Below, piece after piece: positions 22,968 to 30,600 of a stretch of 41,166 nt of DNA. Below the pieces are notes generated by a model. The model was not told where the DNA came from. It was given only the letters and a program-made list of their open reading frames with translations, and did not search any database. Within the stretch, counting starts at the first letter, position 1, and every line of letters starts with the position of its first letter. Position numbers and translations under genes: made by a program. The stretch is from a virus: the IMG/VR virus record IMGVR_UViG_3300037882_000312; one strand, 5' to 3'.

Positions 22968-22983
22968 TGTGATACAAATCACA
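22968..22983. promoter_or_regulatory. Perfect CRP/GlxR-type palindrome TGTGA-N6-TCACA.
   Basis: aaaTGTGAtacaaaTCACAggg lies in the AT-rich part of the divergent control region. Confidence 0.5.
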
Positions 22984-22994
22984 GGGCATAGTGT

Positions 22995-23015
22995 GGGATA
23001 AAACCCATTTATCCC
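22995..23015. promoter_or_regulatory. Perfect 8-bp inverted repeat, gggataaa-accca-tttatccc. It is an operator candidate.
   Basis: Read directly from the sequence. A half-site, ggataaaa, also occurs at 22960-22967. Confidence 0.45.
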
Positions 23016-23036
23016 GGCTTATATATAGTAGGAGGA

Positions 23037-23058
23037 TAATTACTTGCTAAAGTAATTA
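23037..23058. promoter_or_regulatory. Perfect 8-bp inverted repeat, taattact-tgctaa-agtaatta. A 7-bp GC hairpin, ccggctc-tagg-gagccgg, follows at 23069-23086.
   Basis: Read directly from the sequence. It lies about 160 nt upstream of the terminase start. Confidence 0.4.
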
Positions 23059-23216
23059 GACGACTACACCGGCTCTAGGGAGCCGGAGCGAGCCCTAGCG
23101 AGCAAAGGCGACCTAAAAGCCCCTAGTAAATGCCCAGTAGTCTGTTCTTTTTCAGAACCGCTAAACCCAATGAAAAATCTTTGGCGACCACGCCAGCGAA
23201 GCTGGCGAGGAGAGAT

Positions 23217-25070
23217 ATGAGTAAACAAGAAGAGACAGCCAAGATCAAGGCAAAAGTAATCCGTCTGATTACAGAGGGTTGCACAGTCGAAGATGCCATG
23301 CGGCAGGTCGGCAGATCAGCAAAGCTATGGGATTACTACCGCTCCACGGATAAAGAATTCAAGGAGACTGTAGACAAGGTTCGTGCTGCTAGATCAAAGC
23401 ATGGCCGTATCCAGTCTGAGGAATCCCTCACGATGGACTTCCGTACTTTCCGCAAGGAGTATCTAGAAGCAGACACCTTTCCACATCAGATGAATATCAT
23501 CAACCTTCTTGAAGGTAATGAACCTGAGTGGATGCATAGCTCTATGCAATTTGAGCAAGGCCGCCCCCAGTATGTTCTGGTGAATGTGCCCCCTGAACAC
23601 GCCAAGTCAATGACTACCTCGATTGACTATCCGGTATATCGAATCTGTATGGATCCCAATGTCCGTATCATGATTGTCTCGAAGTCACAGCAGAAGGCAA
23701 CAGAATTTATCTACGCTATTAAACAGCGTTTGACTCACCCATCGTGGCAGAAGCTACAACTCGCTTACGCTGCTGGCTCAGGCTTCAAGTCTAAGTCAGC
23801 CACATGGCAGGCTACGCAAGTCTACCTCGGAGACGAACTGCGTGACTCAGACCAGAAGGATCCTACGATTCAAGCAATCGGTATCGGAGGACAGGTATAC
23901 GGTGCGAGAGCCGACCTGATTATCCTAGACGACTGTGTAACTATGTCGAATGCCCACGAATACGAAAAACAGATTCGATGGATTCAACAGGAAGTCCTTA
24001 CTCGTCTCGGGCCTACCGGCAAGCTTTTAGTTTTGGGAACTCGAGTAGATTCCATTGACCTTTATAGAGAACTCCGTAATGGTGAACGCTATCCAACAGG
24101 TAAATCACCTTGGACATATCTGGCCATGCCAGCAGTTCTAGAGTTTGCAGAAGACCAAAAGGACTGGAAAACACTTTGGCCTAAATCAGACCGCCCTTGG
24201 CAGGGCAGCGATGAAGAGGCAGACGAAGACGGTCTATACCCACGCTGGGATGGCAAGTATCTATCCATGCGTAGAAGTGCATTAGACCCAAAGACTTGGT
24301 CGATGGTTTACCAGCAAGCAGATGTTGATGAGGACTCAACCTTCAACATGACTTGCGTTAAAGGTTCTATCGACAGAATGAGAATGATCGGGCCAATCGT
24401 TCCGGGCAATCCCGGACACCCCGAGACAGTAGAAGGTCTCACCATCATCGCAGGGCTTGACCCAGCGATAGTTGGTGATACGGCGGCAGTCGTCATGGCT
24501 GTAGATCGTAGACGGAAGAAGAGATACATCTTGGATGCCGCTACGATTACTAAACCGTCACCGCAAGCCATCCGTGATCTCATCACTACATTTACGGAAA
24601 AGTATAAACCATCGGAATGGATGGTTGAACGAAACGCCTTTCAGGGTTATCTGACACAGGATGAGAATTTACGGCAATGGTTAGCAAGTCGTGGTGTGCT
24701 TCTTCGGGAACACACTACTTCTAGAAATAAGTGGGATGTTGGATTTGGTGTCGCTGCAATGGCTTCCTTGTTTGGAAGCGTTGAATCCAATGGTAAGCAC
24801 CATCGAGATAACTTGATGCACTTACCTTCAGATAGACACGAAGGCATCCGATTACTTATTGACCAGTTAGTAACATGGTCGCCAGAGACTAAGAACAAGA
24901 CAGACCTTGTTATGGCCCTCTGGTTCTGTGAGATTAGAGCAAGAGAGATCTGCCAGTTTGGTGAGTATGGCGGAAAGTTCGTACACAATGAATTCCTCAC
25001 CCGAGCAGATGCCGAAAAGCGACAGGTCATCAACCTTGATGAGTGGGCCGCAGATCGCCGTTTGGCATAA
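23217..25070 (+). CDS. terL: Terminase large subunit (617 aa) with an N-terminal HTH, small-terminase-like DNA-binding domain.
   Basis: The start moves to the ATG at 23217, with gaggagag upstream. The HTH-like N-terminus is IKAKVIRLITEGCTVEDAMRQVGRSAKLWDYY. The ATPase motifs are VNVPPEHAKSMT (Walker A-like) and ADLIILDD (Walker B). The nuclease domain begins at IIAGLDPA. Confidence 0.8.
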   Translation: MSKQEETAKIKAKVIRLITEGCTVEDAMRQVGRSAKLWDYYRSTDKEFKETVDKVRAARSKHGRIQSEESLTMDFRTFRKEYLEADTFPHQMNIINLLEGNEPEWMHSSMQFEQGRPQYVLVNVPPEHAKSMTTSIDYPVYRICMDPNVRIMIVSKSQQKATEFIYAIKQRLTHPSWQKLQLAYAAGSGFKSKSATWQATQVYLGDELRDSDQKDPTIQAIGIGGQVYGARADLIILDDCVTMSNAHEYEKQIRWIQQEVLTRLGPTGKLLVLGTRVDSIDLYRELRNGERYPTGKSPWTYLAMPAVLEFAEDQKDWKTLWPKSDRPWQGSDEEADEDGLYPRWDGKYLSMRRSALDPKTWSMVYQQADVDEDSTFNMTCVKGSIDRMRMIGPIVPGNPGHPETVEGLTIIAGLDPAIVGDTAAVVMAVDRRRKKRYILDAATITKPSPQAIRDLITTFTEKYKPSEWMVERNAFQGYLTQDENLRQWLASRGVLLREHTTSRNKWDVGFGVAAMASLFGSVESNGKHHRDNLMHLPSDRHEGIRLLIDQLVTWSPETKNKTDLVMALWFCEIRAREICQFGEYGGKFVHNEFLTRADAEKRQVINLDEWAADRRLA

Positions 25071-25078
25071 GGAGAAAA

Positions 25079-26833
25079 ATGCTTTCAGTTCAAGAAGTTG
25101 CAGCTAAGGTTGAACGCCTTAAATCACGCAACATGGATCGTGATCGCCGTATGGCAGATGTTCTTGCTGTCCGTCAAGGTCGTATGCAAGATGTTTTCTT
25201 CGGTCAATTCTCAGATGAGTATCCGAAGCCACTCATCGCTAACATGGTTGACATTGCAGCTCGTGACCTTGCCGAGGTAACTGCACCTCTTCCAGCAATT
25301 AACTGTGCCTCATCCAACATGACTTCCGATGCAGCTCGTAAAAAGGCTGAGATTCGTACACGCATTGCCAACCACTATGCTAACAAGTCTGATCTACAAC
25401 TTCAGATGTATCAGGCAGCAGACTGGTATTACACCTATGGCTTTGCAGCAGGTATGGTGGAAATTGACTTTGACACTAACAATCCACGCATTCGTATGCT
25501 CAATCCTTTCGGTCTTTACTTTGAAAAGGATCGCTTTGGCTCAGTAGTCTCAATGGCTCAGATCATTATGACTGATTCAGAGACTTTATCTGCCCAGTAT
25601 CCAGAGTATAAAGCTCAGATCAACAGCAAGTATCGTATGAAGTCTACGATTTCCATGGTTCGCTACCATGATAAGTATCAAGATTTAATCTTTTTACCGG
25701 AGTTAGATAACCTAGTTCTATCTAATACCCCTAATCTTCTAGGCAAAATCCTTGTAGATGTAGCAGAACGACCAACAGTTGATGGTCAAACTCGTGGTCA
25801 GTTCGATGATGTCCTACCAGTTCAGATGGCTAAGGCTCGATTTGCACTCCTTCAGCTTGAAGCAGCGAAGAAGTCAGTCAATGCACCTATCGCTATCCCA
25901 CCAGATGTCCAAGAATTTACCCTTGGCCCAGATGCTTTGCTTCGATCTAACACACCAGAGAGAATCCGTAGAGTTCCAATCGAACTTCCTAACGGAGTTT
26001 TTGCTGAAACACAGAACCTTGAACGAGAACTCCGTATGGGATCTCGTTATCCAGAAGGTCGAACAGGTCAGATCGATGCATCTATCGTTACAGGTCGTGG
26101 CGTTCAAGCCCTTATGGGTGGCTTCGATTCACAGATCAAGGCAGCACAGGCAGTCTTTGCTCGCTTCTTTGTAAACCTTATCGGTATCGCATTCTGTGTA
26201 GATGAGCAAATCTTTGGTTCAACTCAGAAGACTATTCGTGGATCCGATGACGGAACACCATACGAATTAAAATACATTCCATCACGAGACATCAATGGTG
26301 ATTACACAGTAGATGTCCAGTATGGCCTCATGGCAGGACTAGATCCTAACCGTGCCGCAATCTTTGGATTGCAACTTCGTGGAGATAAGTTGATTTCTCG
26401 TGACTTCCTCCGCCGTAATCTTCCATTCTCAATCAATGTCACACAAGAAGAACAACGAATCGACATCGAAGAACTTCGTGACTCATTAAGAACCGCAGTA
26501 GCACAATATGCAAACGCAATCCCAATGCTTGCTACTCAGGGTGGGGATCCAACAGAAGCTGTTAAGAGGCTCGCCGACATCATCGAAGGTCGAGCAAAAG
26601 GTCAAGCATTGGAGTCAATCGTTTCTAAAGCGTTTGCTCCAGTAGAACAACCGGCAGCGACTGCGATGGCCCCCGGTGCTTCGCAACCCCCTATGGGGGT
26701 TCCGGGAGCGGCCCCGGCTGCCGGTTCCCAAATGGTATCTGGCCCCGGCCAGTATTCTCGTAGAACTGATCTAGCACAAGGTGGAACCCCACCAATGGCT
26801 GATCTTTTAGCTTCCCTGACTGGGGCGGCTTAA
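25079..26833 (+). CDS. Portal protein (584 aa).
   Basis: The start moves to the ATG at 25079, with aaggag upstream. The call rests on size and position directly after terminase. The C-terminus is Pro/Gly/Ala-rich and looks disordered. Confidence 0.7.
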   Translation: MLSVQEVAAKVERLKSRNMDRDRRMADVLAVRQGRMQDVFFGQFSDEYPKPLIANMVDIAARDLAEVTAPLPAINCASSNMTSDAARKKAEIRTRIANHYANKSDLQLQMYQAADWYYTYGFAAGMVEIDFDTNNPRIRMLNPFGLYFEKDRFGSVVSMAQIIMTDSETLSAQYPEYKAQINSKYRMKSTISMVRYHDKYQDLIFLPELDNLVLSNTPNLLGKILVDVAERPTVDGQTRGQFDDVLPVQMAKARFALLQLEAAKKSVNAPIAIPPDVQEFTLGPDALLRSNTPERIRRVPIELPNGVFAETQNLERELRMGSRYPEGRTGQIDASIVTGRGVQALMGGFDSQIKAAQAVFARFFVNLIGIAFCVDEQIFGSTQKTIRGSDDGTPYELKYIPSRDINGDYTVDVQYGLMAGLDPNRAAIFGLQLRGDKLISRDFLRRNLPFSINVTQEEQRIDIEELRDSLRTAVAQYANAIPMLATQGGDPTEAVKRLADIIEGRAKGQALESIVSKAFAPVEQPAATAMAPGASQPPMGVPGAAPAAGSQMVSGPGQYSRRTDLAQGGTPPMADLLASLTGAA

Positions 26834-26853
26834 CACGCATCTGGAGGTGCAAT

Positions 26854-27000
26854 ATGTTCGGAGTAAAAAAGGGTGCAGTAGCTAAGGCTCTAGTTCTTGG
26901 CCCAATCATGGGTAAGAAGTCTGCATCAGGCAAAGCAGGAATGCAGAAGCTTGGCGAAACAGGAAAGCCAGCATCAGCAGCAGGAAAGAAAGCTAAGTAA
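26854..27000 (+). CDS. Lys/Gly/Ala-rich microprotein (48 aa). It is not in the supplied ORF track.
   Basis: ggaggtg lies upstream. Hand translation gives MFGVKKGAVAKALVLGPIMGKKSASGKAGMQKLGETGKPASAAGKKAK. Confidence 0.5.
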   Translation: MFGVKKGAVAKALVLGPIMGKKSASGKAGMQKLGETGKPASAAGKKAK

Positions 27001-27021
27001 TAATCTTAGGAGGGCGAGTCA

Positions 27022-27261
27022 ATGTCAGAAGATAACTTCGATGAACTCGATGATATGTTTGTATTGGCTCGCCCTGCAAAGAAAATAGATTTTGTTTACG
27101 CAACAGCAGATTTACTATATAAAATAAGTTATTCATTCGCAGATTTCTTCTCATTGATAACAAAGATTATCCATTCACATTCTGTAAACGAAGCAAAAAA
27201 GCAGTATATGTGGGAGAAGATGACCAAAGACATTGAAAAAATGGAGGCTAAAGATGGCTGA
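27022..27261 (+). CDS. Hypothetical protein (79 aa), AT-rich gene.
   Basis: aggagg lies upstream. The ORF has an acidic N-terminus. Confidence 0.55.
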   Translation: MSEDNFDELDDMFVLARPAKKIDFVYATADLLYKISYSFADFFSLITKIIHSHSVNEAKKQYMWEKMTKDIEKMEAKDG

Positions 27262-27637
27262 AGGCCCATACATTGGTAGGCAAGCAGCACAATCCATTAC
27301 CGGTGGAGCATACGGTGAGAACACAGAACTCACACAATTACAGACCGCTCCCGGAGTTCCATTAGCAGCAACTGAAACAGGTGCAATGGGTGGGGGAATG
27401 GGCCCCATGATTGCAGCACCTGCTATGCCAAACAGAAACTTTTCTACACCAAATCCAAATGTAGATCAAGAGATTACATATGGTGCAGGTTTTGGTGCTG
27501 GCCCGGGTAATGAAGTATTACCTATTCCACCACAAGCACCGGATGAAACTGCCACACTTGTCCGTCAACTTATTGCCCTATATCCAGATCCAGACTTGGT
27601 TCGATTAGGTCAAAGATTAGATTATGAGAAGCGTTAA
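27254..27637 (+). CDS. Hypothetical virion-module protein (127 aa).
   Basis: The start moves to the ATG at 27254, with ggagg upstream. The stop overlaps the start of the giant gene. Confidence 0.55.
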   Translation: MAEGPYIGRQAAQSITGGAYGENTELTQLQTAPGVPLAATETGAMGGGMGPMIAAPAMPNRNFSTPNPNVDQEITYGAGFGAGPGNEVLPIPPQAPDETATLVRQLIALYPDPDLVRLGQRLDYEKR

Positions 27638-30600
27638 TGGCAGGAAAAACCGGAGGCACATTTGGTGCTGGTAGTCTCGGTGCATCGCTAAGTTCAATTC
27701 CTCAAGAAGGAACAGCAGCTTACGATACATACATTCAAGCCCAGCAATCTAAGTATTTAAGTCCAGATTTTGCCAAGCAGTTAGCTGCTATGGCTAAGGC
27801 ATACCCTGCTGCATCTGTCGGCACCGTAATGGGTCTTACAAAATCTGGAGCCCCTATCGGTGGCAATACAGCCAATGCTATGACCACACTCGATGGATCA
27901 GCATTGATTGATGCACAGCGTAACGCAGCCATTGCTGCTGCTGCTAAGTTGAAGGAACAGAACTCTGCAAAGAAGGGTTCACCTGCTGACTTCTTAGCAC
28001 CACTTACTCGTACTGCTTTCATGCTTTTATCAACACCATTTGAAATGCTAGAAGCCACCGTTCGTAACGGTGTATCTGGCAAGGGTGGCATGAATGTTCT
28101 TGATGAGACTCAAACAGGGCAAGCTCTTATCAACCTTTTCAAAACAGGCAAGATTGATGTAGGTACTGGTTTTCTTGGTGCAGATCAAAACTCTGCGGTA
28201 GGTAAAGCATTACTTAATGCAAAGATTGCTGCTGGCCCTACTATGAAGGGTGGAGTTCCTTGGACTTATTCAAGTGGACTTACACAAGCATTATTCGATA
28301 ACCCAGAGACTAAGGCCGCTAGAACATTCCAAGCGGTTTCAGGATTCGTTCTTAACCTAGCAGCAGACCCACTTACTTATGTTCCCGGTGTAGGTTTACT
28401 TAAGATCGGTAAAGAAGCTGGAAAGGTTGGCGTAACACTTCGTGTTGGGCCAAAGGCCGCAGCTCGTGCAGCAGAAGCGAAGGCAGCACCGATCAAGGCT
28501 GTGGCTCGTGATGTTGAAGATGTCATGGGTGAAGTCGGTAAAGTCCGTGCAGAAGCAAGAGCTGCATCTGGCGACATCAATATGCTTGAAGCAGACATTA
28601 TCAAGCACCAAGATGATCTCAACACTATCGCCGAAAAGGTAGATAACACATACCAGACTTATTACAAAGCAAAGTCTGAAGCAGATTTATTAGATGCAGA
28701 ATACGGTCAACTCCGTCAACAGCGTGACACTTTACTTGCAGGACTTAAGTCTGCACAGGATACAAGTGGTCAGCTTGTTGGACAGGCTCGTAAGGCTGAA
28801 GACCTTATGGCTCACCGTATTGAACTCAATACTGCTGGTCGTGCAGCAGAAGTTCAAAGCATCCTTGATGAAAAAGGTTTTGATGAGGTAGTCCGTGTAG
28901 GACAAACACTCACAGAGCAAGAGCAGTTGGCTCCCGGACTTATCCATACTCTTGATGAAGCAGCACTTAAAAAGGGTGATCGTGCAGCAACTCAAGGTAT
29001 CCGTAATGGAGTAGATGCTGTAGTTCGTGTAGCAGCAAAGCAGAAGCCACGCCTTATCAAGTGGACAGGTCTTATCAAGGCTGGAGATTCACCACAGGCA
29101 ACTCGTGTATCTAACGAGATTGGTTCCAACCTTATTGATATTGGAACTGCTGCTGGTATCCAAGAGTCTAAGTTGCAGACTGTTCTCGATGTAATCGATA
29201 CACCCGGTGCAACACACGCAGAACTTATTGATTCAGCAAAGAAGGCTGGACTAACAGAACAACTATTTGCAGCATATGAAAGAGCCGGTATCCAAGGCTT
29301 TGAAAATGTTGGTGCAACTCGTGGCATGGGTGGTGGCGGATACGCTTACTTCCCACGAACAGTAGATCCATTCGATGCAAAGATTTCTGACTTTGGTCGC
29401 TTCAAGGCTGATGCTATTAACTCACCTGACATCAACGATCTTGGTGTTCAAGCACTTACAACTAAGGGTGCAATTACCCAGCAGGTTACAGGGCTAGTCG
29501 AAGGTGCAGCAGCACCTCGCCTTACAGTCATGGAACAACTTGCCAACATAAACAAAGAGCTTTCCGAAATGGGCAAGGTTACAAAAGGTGTCCAAAAGGA
29601 ACTCGCCAAGGCTGAAGAGGCTTGGAAGAATAATCTTAAGTATGTTCAAGATCGAGTCAAGTCTGATGATGAGGCTCGTATGCTTCTTGAAGAAGCACGA
29701 GGTCGCAAGCAATTAGCGATGGAAGCAGAGTTTGGTCTTATGACCATAGGTGGTAAGCAGATCCTTGATTACCAGCAAGCTGCTAAAGCATTCTTTGGCC
29801 CAATGGGTCAGAACGCTGCAAAGTTTATTGCTGTCCACTATGGCCCAGAACAATACGATGATCTATGGCGAGCAATGAATGGCAACATCACAGTTGATCT
29901 AGCCAAGCGTTTGGCTGCTGCTACTTCTGAAAAAGAAGTTATGGGATTACTTGCCGGTGAAGTTGGCCTAGAACTATCTCGTGGAACCAGAGTTGGACTT
30001 GCAGCTCAGTCTCGTGCAATCCAGTTCCAATCAAGTTTCTATGCACCTAACTCATTGAAGTTACACCATGAAGGTTTTGCTAACTTCCTGCTTAACGCAG
30101 AGAATGAAGCACGATCATTTTTGAGGACTAATAAAGTAACTGCACCATTCACACGGTTTGCACCTACTAAGAATCTTATTCACCTAGACGATGTAGATAC
30201 ATTGGTCAAGGAAATGAATGACACTTTGCCATTCCTTAAGGCATCTCCTGAACTACAGAAGACATCCATTAAGGCAATGATGGCTGCTACAACCTCGACT
30301 GAACGCTTCAATGTATTCATTGACACGCTTAAGTCTTTGGTTAAGGAGAAGGCTCCTAACCTAACAGAAGAACAAATCCGTATGCTTAATGATGCGGCTC
30401 GAGTATTTAAGAAGGAAGCAGATGCTAACCGAAAGTTCTTGGCACAAGTTGCTGGCAAGGACATCGGAACAAGAGAATTTAAGGTCGCTGGAAAGACCCA
30501 GAAGTTCACTCAGTTGGATCCGCTTATTGACTCTCAACTTGCAAATTTTATCAAGTGGCCTGACATCGACTCAATCCGTCAGCTCACAGGAAAGACTAGA

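Noticed and set aside
23130-23216. The ORF-track start (23130) for the terminase gene, which adds MPSSLFFFRTAKPNEKSLATTPAKLARRD.
   Set aside because: There is no SD at 23130 and the extension is odd low-complexity sequence. The ATG at 23217 has gaggagag upstream and begins the HTH domain.
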